In this document: positions 1 to 14,375 of the stretch, piece after piece
Layout: the number at the start of each line of letters is the position of its first letter
How positions within the stretch are numbered: position 1 is the first letter of the stretch
Source of the DNA: Polymyxa betae A26-41
Taxonomy: Eukaryota; Protista; Endomyxa: Phytomyxea
Length of the DNA stretch: 64,000 bases
Reading direction: 5' to 3'
Assembly: GCA_003693705.1 (NCBI GenBank)
Contig: RBZT01000198.1
Location: forward strand, 71,925 to 135,924
The notes under the pieces: model-generated
What the model saw: the letters and a program-made list of their open reading frames with translations, nothing else
Told to the model about the DNA's origin: nothing
Databases searched by the model: none
Program-made: the position numbers and the translations under genes

Positions 1-68
1 TCAATAAGCAAAACATATATTTATAGAGGGATATTTCTGTTTTCGATCCTACTTGGACCCTAGAAGGA

Positions 69-964
69 TTAGTAGAAAAAGATAACTGGAAAGAATTGCA
101 TTATTTTAGTTAAATCGCGTGGTGAAATTTGGGCCATACCTCTGCCTTTTTGACAGAGGTCCCTCGTTGTTCATCAAATTTTCTGAGTTGCAATTCTCAT
201 TAAATGCCTTCTCAATTTCGATTGATTTTCCCTCCAAGGTACTGGATAGCACTTTCTCTTGGCACACTTTTGATAGATCATTTAAACCATTAGAGGCTGA
301 GTTGATATTCTGAAGGACTGGCTTAAATACCTACGAGATCTTATATGTAAATAGATACCTTGTCAATGCGTCTTGTGATCTGGTCAGACTCCCGTAAAAT
401 TCTCTTGACTCTGCTAATATCGGAATCGGATGGCAAAGAACAACGCTGTTTGGTGCAGCTGGGAAGACCCAAATCCAGTTCTTCCTCCTGAATAGGCATA
501 CTTTTTTACAAAAAATCGAACCCGAGCCAACAAAGCTTACAATTTGGATGGGCTGCAACAGATTAGCACAAATTTCTTTCTCGAATTGTTCGATGCCGTC
601 CGAGCGAGCTTGTTCTAACTGATCCTGAAGTTGCATTGAAAGTGATTCAAGATCATCGACAGTTTGCTGAAGCTCAACGTCCAGTCTTTGCATAGGTAGT
701 TGGGATTTTGGAATTTCGTCCTGGATTACAACATGTTTCACTATCTATTTTACACAAATTTAGCATTAAGCTAACAAGTGGTCAGGTAAACGGTCTGACC
801 TTATTATAAACAGAATTTCGAAGAGATAAAAGGGCGGTTCGTGCAGCGGCTCGCTGCTGTTTGGTCAACTGCTGCCCATTAAACTGAGCAAAGCATTGCT
901 CATCAAAGAGCCTCAGGAGCGTATTAAGATGAGAACGAGTCCCCACACGTAAATCGAGATCCAT
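69..964 (-). CDS. Spliced hypothetical coiled-coil protein, possibly Nsl1/Mis14-like kinetochore subunit
   Basis: ORF pieces 782-964 and 331-741 plus an open frame at about 69-330 (VFKPVLQNINSASNGLNDLSK...). The segment LDVELQQTVDDLESLSMQLQDQLEQAR resembles the Nsl1 core helix. Exon joins are uncertain. Confidence 0.4.
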
Positions 965-1325
965 GGAGATGTCTAGCTCGTACTATTGCATTCAGCAGGC
1001 AATGTTAAAATCGAAAGATGGCGCCCTTATATAGATTGACTTCTGCTGATGGAGGAATAGGAAGGTCCCTCCTCTTCACTACTTCAAGTCACACTCACGG
1101 ACACCATACAGAAATATTTCTCCATGTCCTACAGATATTTATTGAAATATCCATTGAACCGGAATTGAATTGCCAGTAATAATGATTGAATCAAGGGTGA
1201 TACTCTGATTTGTGATATTCTTGTGGAATAGAATTTTGGCGAACGCACTGAAAAACTGGGAAATGAATTGGTGAAATAAGAAAGCGAAATAATCAGCGTT
1301 GCAGAGCACTCGCTTGGACATTGAA

Positions 1326-1775
1326 TTATTTCAATAACATCTGAAGCAGGGCTCGAGATAATTCCTCAACATTTTCTTCTGCATTTGAAGTATGCGCATT
1401 AGCAGTTCCCCTGCGGAAATCTAAACGCTTGGGTTTTGCATTGTCGTTCATCACAAATTTAGGTAGCGGAATAACATCAGGATTTGGAGAGATATATAAC
1501 GATGAAGTAGCATAGCGATGATGTCCCGGCTTGATCGGTTTTTTCCGCAATGAAGATGAGTCTTTAGAAGAGGAATTCCTTGCTGGCGATGGAGACGGAA
1601 TAATTAGCTCGACATTTTCTTCATTAGACCCGGGTAAAAAGAAAGGAACCAGTGGTCGGCGTGTAGCGGTGGAAGTGTTATTGAGAGGTCGAGGATCCGA
1701 ATGAGGAGCGTTAATTGGAAGCGAATTCTGTACAGTGCTCGCCTCTTTTGGAGACTTTTTCCTGCTCTTTCCCAT
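1326..1775 (-). CDS. PNRC/Edc1-type small disordered protein (putative decapping activator)
   Basis: 149-aa S/P/K-rich ORF. YATSSLYISPNPDVIPLPKF matches the YAGxxFxxSPxPxxLPxPxF motif, and the C-terminus is a leucine helix (LSRALLQMLLK). Confidence 0.6.
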   Translation of the reverse strand: MGKSRKKSPKEASTVQNSLPINAPHSDPRPLNNTSTATRRPLVPFFLPGSNEENVELIIPSPSPARNSSSKDSSSLRKKPIKPGHHRYATSSLYISPNPDVIPLPKFVMNDNAKPKRLDFRRGTANAHTSNAEENVEELSRALLQMLLK

Positions 1776-2350
1776 TCAGTAGCTGTGATAAACCAGACGA
1801 AATAAACAGGAGCGAAGTGAACAGGAATAATCAATAGAGCATGATAAAGGCCAGGCTTGATATGATGTGGATAAGCAGCGCCCAGACAATGGGACTGAAC
1901 CTGACTAGGGAGCTCGGATCCCTTCTTCAAAGACTTAGACAACGTGAGAGATCTCACACGCACAATGACTTCACAGCAGAAGTTACAAACTCAATGTGAA
2001 ATTCCACAATAGCTGGTGTCCTTTGTGCGCCGATTTATGGGCTTCATGATGCAGACTTGAAAGCTTGGATGTCTTGTTGCATTTGCAGTTATGAATTATT
2101 TCCAAAACTTTCGGCACAATTCTGAAAGAGAAAGATACGTACTTACATCGGCCAATCGCTATGTTATATTTGGTCTAGACTTCAAAGCGCTGAGAGAAGA
2201 AAGTAGTAGAATTTATGATTACAAAAACGTTCGATAAGCAAATGATATGTAGTTTGTTATGAGAGCAGCAATCTGTCTCACTAACATCATCGTTACATCT
2301 CTTCGGTTCACTTCAATATCGCTGCTTTGTGGTTGTCGCATCCAGCACCA

Positions 2351-2770
2351 ATGGCATCAGCACCGTATGATGGAGCCAAGCGAAGGCTCCTGACAACTCA
2401 TGATCAACCAAGTGCAGACAATTTTGATTCTATCGATGGTGCAGCAAGACTGGGACGATTAGGTCCACCACCTTTCCTTCATCCTCGTCGCTTGCCTATT
2501 CGTACAACTATAGCTGCTGTTTCGTTGTTACTTATTGGAGTCGTGTTCTCTATCTCCGGTCTGGCAGTTTTCCTAAAGTCGAGCTTGCACGATGCATTGC
2601 CGTTTTTGATTATTGGAGTCATAGGTATGTAGAATATTCGACACGGTTTTCAGGGAATTCATTTCTGCCTAGGTTTCATTCCGGGTTCATATAACAGCTG
2701 GATATTATATCAAGCTTACATGGGAGTGCACGGCTTTGATTATAGTCAAGTGCCATCGTATGATGAATGA
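2351..2770 (+). CDS. TMEM230/DUF872-family small membrane protein
   Basis: Two TM helices. Intron 2625-2672 (GT..AG) joins to FIPGSYNSWILYQAYMGVHGFDYSQVPSYDE*, the typical TMEM230/TMEM134 C-terminus. Confidence 0.85.
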
Positions 2771-2994
2771 GGCTAAAGAACTGTAAAATGAGGTTGCATT
2801 CCGATGTTCAGCGGTCACGTTGACACTGAAATAGGGGTTCTACAGAGCCAGAGTCTTGATGTCAACGTCACCATCATTTTACAATTTTGCCAAAGCTAAA
2901 GCTAGACACTATGCATACAGAATCGTTTGACGTTTCTGGATGGAAATTCGAATTTGTAATATGACAAGTTGTTCCTTGATTCCAGGAGCATGTA

Positions 2995-4170
2995 TTATTG
3001 ATCGCTGTCACTTTGGATGGAGTCTTCGTCTCTATCGCAGTCAGCTTCACTCTCGGATTTGCAGCTGCCTTCATAATCGCTTGAGTCAGAATCTTCGAAA
3101 CTTGATTCATCGCCAGATGCGATGTAGCTTGGTAGATCGTCAGGCTTCTTTTTACTCGCGCCGCTAGCGTTTAATTCTTCGTCCAGAGGATATATCTTCT
3201 CCGAATTGTCTAAAAATTCTGGCAAGTCATCGACATAAAATTTGAATCTCCTTTGAAAGAAAGTTTTGACGCAAGAAACATCTCGCTCGAATTGATCCAT
3301 AGCATTTGGATGAGCGCTTGATATCATCTGAGGAAAATCGATCAGATAAGTATTTTCAACATCGTCACACAGAAGATTGAATTCGTTGAAATCTCCATGG
3401 ATAATGCCAAATCTGTTGCTCTTTTTTAGAAAAGGTAAAGCGAACGAACAGGAGAATAGCTTACTCAGATAGCCGAACTATAAGCCGCATCAGTTTTTCG
3501 TAAACAGCTTCTGGATGGGCTAATTCACGTATGTTGTTCATCAAAGTACCAGGAAGCATCGACATAACAACACAATGTCGATTGCAATCAATCGGCTCAG
3601 GAACGGGAAAGTCATGATTGTAGAGAGCTTTCATATACTCAAACTCTCGAGTCGCAGCTAATCTGAGTTCGGTAAGCAAAAGTGCAGTTAAAGAAATGCA
3701 GTCGATAAGCACCTGGACATGTATAACCAGGAAGCGCTCTTTCGCTTCCCCATATAATCACGCTTTTCCTTGATGGCTCTGAAGGAAACTCGACCCAACC
3801 GGTGCAACTTCAGAACCATACGTCGGTCACTATCGTCAGTTACTTCGTAAACATCGGATTCCTTGCCAACACCGACCCGGCGTCCGACAGAGGAAACAAC
3901 TCCTCGCGATACCAGAGCCTTTAAAGCTAGAAAATCATAGCCAAGGTAGGTGAGGCGATAACCATCACACTTTTGTCTGCTATGAAAGACAAGCTTGTGC
4001 TTGTGCACGTTTGTCAGACCTCTGGAAGCCGCGCTAGGTGAAAGGCCCGACAGCTGAATGATCAAATCAAGTGGAACCAGCTCGTGGTTCTTCATTCCCA
4101 ATTCAATGCCAGTGAGGACTCGGAAATCGTTTCCTGTCAAATATTTGACCATGGAAACATCGAGTTTCAT
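2995..4170 (-). CDS. RIO2: RIO2 atypical kinase (40S maturation)
   Basis: MKLDV..DFRVLTGIELGMKNHELVP, GYRLTYLGYDFLAL, GVGKESDVY, LKLHRLGRVSF, IHGDFNEFN, IDFPQMISSAHPNA, then an acidic tail. Two short introns. Confidence 0.95.
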
Positions 4171-4802
4171 GATTCCGAATGCGAGGATCCTTGGTAGAGA
4201 AGTCAGAGACCTATAACAATCTATCCATGACGGAATCTGCGTGATTCGCAGTTTTGTTACTTTGTCGCTGATTTGTCTCGGGCTCAGCTCCTTTGGTTTG
4301 AGTTATTTGTTTGAGTCATCGAGGCAACCTATATCGAAGCCAGTTTGCAATACGATCACTTAATGATTGATTATTAAGTCATAAACCCAATTTGCCTGTG
4401 GTTTGAGCTGTATCGATTGCAAACAAGGAGCTAGTCTGTGTTGTATTCGCTGGTCTGCTTCTGTGGCTGAGAAGTTCAGTGACCGCTTCGTTCGAGAGAC
4501 TCTCGTAAACGCCCTAGAAAACTCATGCAGGTGTGGGCTACCACCACATCGAAAAAAATCAGATACTTGAGAGTAGAGACGTCCGATAGGCGAACCAATG
4601 GGTAAGCAAGACAGAGAGAACGCGTGCGAGAGCGTCATCATGTCCAACTGCTGTCTGTCCGACTTTCATGTGTTATCCCCTATAGCTTGTCCACTCTTCT
4701 GATATTTCATATATGTCCATATAGCACTTGACCAACCTCATTTTGGTATTGCTCTATATAGACTCTCTCATCGCTCCAGATTGGCCAATTCTCCATAGTT
4801 GA

Positions 4803-6494
<1,692 letters not shown>

Positions 6495-6652
6495 CTGGGC
6501 ATTGACGATTTCTCTCGTTTATACTATCCCTTAGAGTGATTATATTTTGAATATGGAGACGAATAAAGCTATGATTGTGGTGGACTGATGAGTTGTGACG
6601 GCGTGGCCTGTCTTGTTACATGTATTAACCATCATATACTGACAGTACTTGA

Positions 6653-9352
6653 ATGTTATTAGAGTCTGCTGCTGGATTTCGTCAGTGGCATATTCGATAT
6701 CAATATCTGTGTCAATGGCAGCAACTAACACGACGCCGTCTACTACTACGAGTATGTTTCTTTGGTTGGAAGAAAATTCCCTGCAGAATTCGCTGTGTTC
6801 GAACCCGGAGATACTTTGTTATCTGGAAACGAAGACGTTATGCAGACTTGTGGCTGAGGCGCCTGACCATGGGATTCTTGCACAGAGTCATTCTTATATG
6901 GAGAATTCGAACTCTGTGTGAACGAACAATTCTTAAAACAGGTTTCAATGCTTGGACATCTGGGCACAAGCGCATTTCAGCTGCCATGCTCAAATCGACC
7001 TGTTTCTATGCGTTAATGCAGCAGAAGAAAGTGATGATAGCCTGGACCAGCTATCATCGAAAGCTTGCTGGGATAGGAAACCTGATCTCCAACCAGAGTC
7101 GCTCGGCTGCTAAAGCCCGTTATTGGAAGCGGATCAGATTGATTTGTCGAGCCCGATGGTGCCTGCGTACCATTCAAGATGGGAACCTGATAAAGTCGTA
7201 TTGGTTGCTATGGACTCGTTATCGAAAATCTCTGTTTAGAAAGGCCGATGGGCATTTTCAGTCAACGTTGACTAAGAAGGCATTGTGTCATTGGAAATAT
7301 TGTCATGATATCTATAGAGCTGTTTTTAAAGTAATCGTTCTAGATCACTCAATTCAAATGAAATCAGCACTATATTTATGGAGACTGGTGGCTGCAGATC
7401 GGCGCTCGCTCCGATATAAGGCGTTTCAATTATGGCGGCTAAAACACTTGTCTCGGCTAATTCAAGATCGTGTTCGATTTCGGATCTGTTATCATAGTTT
7501 CTATTCATGGCAAATGCTCTGTCAACGATACGTCCATTTTCGCATGGTTTTTGCCGCATTCCAGAAATGGAAGCTTAATTTTGGGTTGAGGCAAGTTGAG
7601 AGAAGGTTCACTGATCACCTTCGACGAAAGGTTTTTGCTGATTGGCTCGGCTGCTGGATGGAAACCCACCAATGGAAGAAGAATTGTTTGGCGGCAACGT
7701 CCTTACATCGAAAACTGCTTCTAGCAAAATTCCAGCGGAAGTGGATGCAAACGTATATTAGATCAAATTGCCTGAGGCAGCTCATTTATCGGTTTCAACT
7801 GAAGGTTAAGGTCCAGTTCTTTGCAGTATGGAATCAGTCAACAATCAAGCTCTTATCTATATCGAAAGAAAGTACGTCCTGTCAGATCGACCAAAATCAA
7901 TCAGCAGATTCAAATGATTCAAAGTTTGGTTCCAATCTTGATGACGAGAAAGAGGCTGTGATATGCTCGGAGATTGACCCATTAGCTTATGCCATGTCCA
8001 GGCATCATTATCGCCTAACTCGGGAGAGAGCATGTTTTCGTAACTGGATTTATTATTGCCATATTTTACGATTTTATCGTAGAACGGCAACCAGGCATAA
8101 TCGTCACAATGCTATCATATTTTTAATCAATTGGAGGACACAAACCATCTTACAGAGAAAATGTCTTGGATTTAGGAGAAATCAGACGAAGATTCGCTAT
8201 TGGCATGCATGGGGTCAATTATCAAAGCATTTCCGTAAAGCGCGATTGTTTACAGAGAAAAAACGATTGCATTTCCATCTACGTAGATGGCGACAAACAC
8301 GACTGAGAAAACTGCACTCACTACAAACAATATTTTATGCATGGCGTCAACTAATGTCAAGACGATGGGCCATGAATAAATGTAAAGCAGCTCTTGCTCG
8401 TCGTGTATTGAGGCAGTGGATTAGCACACGGAAGTTGAAAAAATTCATCATTCGTCGACATTTCAGAATATGGATGCATACCCTTAAGCACAACAGCGAC
8501 TTAATTTTCAAATTCTTGGTTCGGTTATCACAAAAACGGAAACAATCTATTTTAAGTTTATGGCATCGCAAAATCTACCAATCTGCCAATGAGTTGAAAA
8601 GAAAATATGTCGTTATCTGGCATAGGAAACTGCATCGGAGGAGAAAAGATAGAATTGAGCAGATATTAACCAGTTGGAGCTCTGCAAAGCGTTGCTCGGT
8701 TAAGCAGGCATCATTTAATACATGGATGAGAATGTCAAGAATTCAATCAAGGCTCCGACAACTTCGCCATATTCAGAACATGTCTCTTAAGGCGATATCA
8801 CTTAGGGCCATGATCCGATTACGCACCTCTTTCGAATTCAACCGAAGATCAAATTTTAAACGATCTTTACATATCTGGAGGAAGCACTTCTCCATGAAGG
8901 TTGTCTTTAAGCACGGAGAGAAAATACTTCAAAAATGGTTTTTGGACATGTGGCGAGCGAAATCGGATCAGATCAGGGATGTGCACTTAAGGCAGGGCAC
9001 TCTAAATTTACATTTCAAAAAATGGCAACGAGCATTCACGACCTATGCTAATTCCAGACAAATTGCTCTCAAGCATATGAATCAGGTCTTGAGTGAGATG
9101 AAGGCGATTCGGCGACTGTTTCGATATGCAATCGTATTCAACCGCATTCGACTTTATCGATGGATATTTTCAGCATGGAAACGCTGCCTTATCAATGAGC
9201 AGACGACGCTAGCCTGCGTTGCTCTTGATTTTGTTAGACGAAAGTGTTTGAGCCGATGGTGGCAAAGATATATTGATGTAGCTTTAAACAAGCGATGGCA
9301 CAAGCTCAACAAATGTATAGATTCTACAACTGGAAATGAACGTGAATGCTGA
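6653..9352 (+). CDS. Sfi1-like centrin-binding repeat protein
   Basis: 899-codon basic ORF with many periodic F/LxxW repeats (FxxWK, LxxWR). True start is uncertain. Confidence 0.7.
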   Translation: MLLESAAGFRQWHIRYQYLCQWQQLTRRRLLLRVCFFGWKKIPCRIRCVRTRRYFVIWKRRRYADLWLRRLTMGFLHRVILIWRIRTLCERTILKTGFNAWTSGHKRISAAMLKSTCFYALMQQKKVMIAWTSYHRKLAGIGNLISNQSRSAAKARYWKRIRLICRARWCLRTIQDGNLIKSYWLLWTRYRKSLFRKADGHFQSTLTKKALCHWKYCHDIYRAVFKVIVLDHSIQMKSALYLWRLVAADRRSLRYKAFQLWRLKHLSRLIQDRVRFRICYHSFYSWQMLCQRYVHFRMVFAAFQKWKLNFGLRQVERRFTDHLRRKVFADWLGCWMETHQWKKNCLAATSLHRKLLLAKFQRKWMQTYIRSNCLRQLIYRFQLKVKVQFFAVWNQSTIKLLSISKESTSCQIDQNQSADSNDSKFGSNLDDEKEAVICSEIDPLAYAMSRHHYRLTRERACFRNWIYYCHILRFYRRTATRHNRHNAIIFLINWRTQTILQRKCLGFRRNQTKIRYWHAWGQLSKHFRKARLFTEKKRLHFHLRRWRQTRLRKLHSLQTIFYAWRQLMSRRWAMNKCKAALARRVLRQWISTRKLKKFIIRRHFRIWMHTLKHNSDLIFKFLVRLSQKRKQSILSLWHRKIYQSANELKRKYVVIWHRKLHRRRKDRIEQILTSWSSAKRCSVKQASFNTWMRMSRIQSRLRQLRHIQNMSLKAISLRAMIRLRTSFEFNRRSNFKRSLHIWRKHFSMKVVFKHGEKILQKWFLDMWRAKSDQIRDVHLRQGTLNLHFKKWQRAFTTYANSRQIALKHMNQVLSEMKAIRRLFRYAIVFNRIRLYRWIFSAWKRCLINEQTTLACVALDFVRRKCLSRWWQRYIDVALNKRWHKLNKCIDSTTGNEREC

Positions 9353-9387
9353 TTATGATAGATGATTATATACAGTAGAATTTTAAG

Positions 9388-10469
9388 TCAATGATATTGA
9401 TCTCTGGCTGCCATACGTTTGATGAATTCATAGCCAGCGATTCCAGCAATGCTGTAAGGCAAAGCACCAAGCAATCTGGCCCCCGATCCTCTCCAAAGTC
9501 CCAACATGGATTTATGAGCTCGAACAATTTCCATAGACGACAGATTTGACATTGTCGTCTGTTTAAGAGTTTTGATGAGATCTAATGGGGCAGTGCTCAT
9601 TACAGCAACGGAAGCAGCAGCAACGCCACAAGACCCTGATAACAGAAGATCAGTGATGGACAGCGTTGAGGACAGAGATGGGAGCGGTCTGTCAATAGTT
9701 CTGTATAACCCTGTCCTTGAGGTGGAATCTAATAACAGATCTCTCAGAGATGTCTCATAAAGCCGCCATGACTGATATTACAAGTTGACCACCAGATGGC
9801 TGAAAATGGTATGTATAGAGCAGCGCTGGTCGTGAATCCTTTGTATAATCCTTTGACACCTTCTTTACGTATAATCCGCTTCACAGTGGAAACTTTGTCA
9901 TTGTGATTAGACAAATAAGACAAAATACGGTTTAAGATCTGACCTGAGCTGCCTCTATCTAGTTGTATCGACTGGCTGACAACATCAACGGGGACCATGA
10001 CCACCTGAGAGGATAATGAAGCAGCGGCGCCTGCTATTCCAGATCGCATCGGGTCTTTCATACCGACCCTTTCTCTGACAGATTCGTACACAGACATGTA
10101 GATGATTTGTGATGGAATTAGCCCGACAGCTAAACCGCTGTCAATTCGAAGAAGAGAGAAAATGCATTCTCACCTAATGATGGAAATCCAGACCAGAAGC
10201 CAGCAATCCCTCTTGTTTTGTAGATTGATGAAAATGCTAATGATATTGAAGAAGAAGATGATGGTCTCGCTTGCATATGTCTGTCATTTCTCATAAGTTT
10301 GTTACTTGAGTGACGTGAGGCCTGGACATTACGTCTTGATGAGGGTAGAGGGATATAATCCCAGACGTATGGCCATAAATACGATAAACTGCCAGACAAA
10401 CAGTCGGTGTTTGTCGAGATGACGCCATGTCAGCTCAAGATCGTCATCAGGCTGGCCAAACGCCTCCAT
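9388..10469 (-). CDS. Mitochondrial carrier, SLC25A44-like
   Basis: Spliced N-terminus MEAFGQPDDDLELTWRHLDKHRLFVW..LGLYPSTLIKT. Carrier motifs PVDVVSQ and PLDLIKTLKQ, plus EGVKGLYKGF. Confidence 0.85.
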
Positions 10470-10687
10470 GCGGACTGCGTCTTCACACGGCCAAATGCAC
10501 ATTTTTCAAGCCACATTTCTCCTGATATACAGTATAAACGAAACAAATAAATACAATTCTGTTTGTTTGTAAATATATTATATGTGAATAGATATAGATA
10601 GGCCTGGTATAATATTACATGTCTTGATCGGGACGCTAATCTGGTTCACAATGACGATTCGCACAATTGGTCCAATGAATCATGCTG

Positions 10688-12395
<1,708 letters not shown>

Positions 12396-12490
12396 GACCG
12401 CCAGGAGTCCTTTCAATAAAGGACTTGATAGGGGAACTACCTATGTACCAACTTACACCGGAACGCACTATCTAATCTCAACATCTTTCA

Positions 12491-12600
12491 TGTAATGTTA
12501 CATTTATTAAATCATAGAGTATCATTCTCTCTATATAAGATCTTAATTGTAATGTTACACTACAATACTAGTACATCATAGACTTATCATTCTCTCTATC
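12491..12600. repeat. Imperfect tandem duplication (~57-nt period) upstream of SNF1
   Basis: TGTAATGTTACA...ATCATAGA.TATCATTCTCTCTAT occurs twice, starting at 12491 and 12548. Confidence 0.8.
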
Positions 12601-12644
12601 TAATCCTATAGCAAACAGTCTCCAATCGGTATCTATATTAGATG

Positions 12645-13478
12645 TTAAAGATCTCGTCTAGAATCAGGAAATACCGGCGCCCAGATTGAGAGACGATTGT
12701 GAAGAATGTGATTGGCGACTGCCAGAGTTATGGCATGAAGCATTAGGAGCATGGCGACTGCAACTGTATCGCTATCAGTCTTGAATATATCTATACAACA
12801 GGTCGCTGACATCAATGCCACGTATAAGGTCAGAATGTGATGCCCTTTCTCTATCATTGCTGTCACATATTTAATTTTAGTTCAAGGTTATGTTCAGATT
12901 AGCTTACAAAGAATCCCAAGCCCAATCAAGATTGATAAGACAATACTATCAAAGTGTCCAGTTACTTTCTTGAATCCTATCGAAACAGGAATGTTGTAGT
13001 ATTGTAGATAAATGTTAAAGCCAATGTTCAAGGAAAGAAGTACAATGAATAACCATTCTGGTCGACTTCTTAGTCTGAATCCTGATAGACAATATTTTAT
13101 CAGAAATAAGTGAATTACTGGATGAATGTTTACCGACTTTGAGGTCTTCGAACAAAAAGGATAACTGGACAGTGATTTGTGTTTGCTTCCGAATCTGGCT
13201 TATTCGCCATGCGATCTGACGATCTCATTCCAACAGCGACCTTTATATAGTTATATTTTTATTAGCAAAGAAGTGGAGAATACCAATACCTTTCCAGTAT
13301 TAAAAGTGATAAGAACTGGAGGAAGTAATGTCTCAAACTTTTGTCGATCACATAATTGTCCATTTGCATCGAATATGGTATTTCTAGTGACATGACAGTA
13401 CATAGCAGGTCTTGACAATGACCCTCCATTTCGTTTTGGTTGCTGATTTAGATTAGGGTATTCGTTAGCAAATGACAT
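12645..13478 (-). CDS. Spliced hypothetical protein with C-terminal TM helices
   Basis: ORF segments 13251-13478 and 12645-12866, with an intervening hydrophobic frame (PEWLFIVLLSLNIGFNIYL...IVLSILIGLGIL) bounded by splice signals. Exon phases are not fully resolved. Confidence 0.5.
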
Positions 13479-13622
13479 TATCTGATATAAAGCTCAGGAT
13501 CGAAACTTTGGTACTGAGTCCATAATGATAACCAATAACAAATGGCCTAGTTTGTTTTTCAACATTATTGGAAAAACCAGTGTTAGATAACTGATCGATC
13601 GGGTGTCAGAACTGCCCAGCTT

Positions 13623-14352
13623 ATGATTATCAGTTGTGTTATTTTTTTCATTTTCAGCAGGATCACATGTCTACAGCCATTCCATATGTTATCAGTACTG
13701 AACATATCTGACCTGCATATTCACTCGCTGGAACAATTTCACTTTCCAGATATCCTCTGTGATCGCATGATCCCAACTTTGTTAATTGATTTTCTTTGGG
13801 CAGATGAGGAATTTATTGCTCAGTATTTCTGTCGTCCTGAAATAATGTTGTTGGGTCTATTGCAACTTTCACGTGGTTTCGTTGCCATTGATCAATTGTT
13901 CCAGTTCTCATCATATCTATTTCTCAGTCCATTGATGCTTTCCAATGTTTTTCATGAAAAGGTTATCGATTGACTCCAATGAACAATGAGTTTATTTCCT
14001 GCCTCATTCTTCCTCCCGCTATTATGTTCATATACATATTTGATGTATCTCTCCTTGACATATCCTTGTAGAATGTTGGCGATAGGACAAGATTTATCAA
14101 AAGAACAAGTACGAAAACAGCAATAGCATCGCAAAATGCTCGTTAGACTCCCAGGTTGTTTGGTTTACCGACATTTCAATCTTCATGCATAATCACATGT
14201 TGATGTGATTGCAGCTTGTACGAAAATTTTCTTGAAATCAGAGTAGATTGAAAGATCAACTAGGCATCGGTGGCGGGCCTCCCTACATAGTTAAAAAGGA
14301 ACCCGCTGTAGTACACAAGCAAAATAACAGTTTTAAGTATTGTATTTCATAG
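13623..14352 (+). CDS. Hypothetical spliced protein, possible signal peptide
   Basis: 116-aa ORF with a hydrophobic N-terminus. A candidate last exon reads LKDQLGIGGGPPYIVKKEPAVVHKQNNSFKYCIS*. Structure is uncertain. Confidence 0.35.
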
Positions 14353-14375
14353 ATTGACTGGAAATCTTTTCACAA

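Noticed and set aside
1800-2200. Possible small tail-anchored gene (RFSPIVWALLIHIISSLAFIMLY*) on the minus strand
   Set aside because: I could not assemble a consistent start and splice path.
14174-14320. Hairpins plus ANANNA/ACA boxes suggesting an H/ACA snoRNA near the eIF5B 3' end
   Set aside because: The same bases read as a plausible last coding exon (LKDQLGIGGGPPYIVKKEP...) of the plus-strand gene, and the boxes are too short to be diagnostic.
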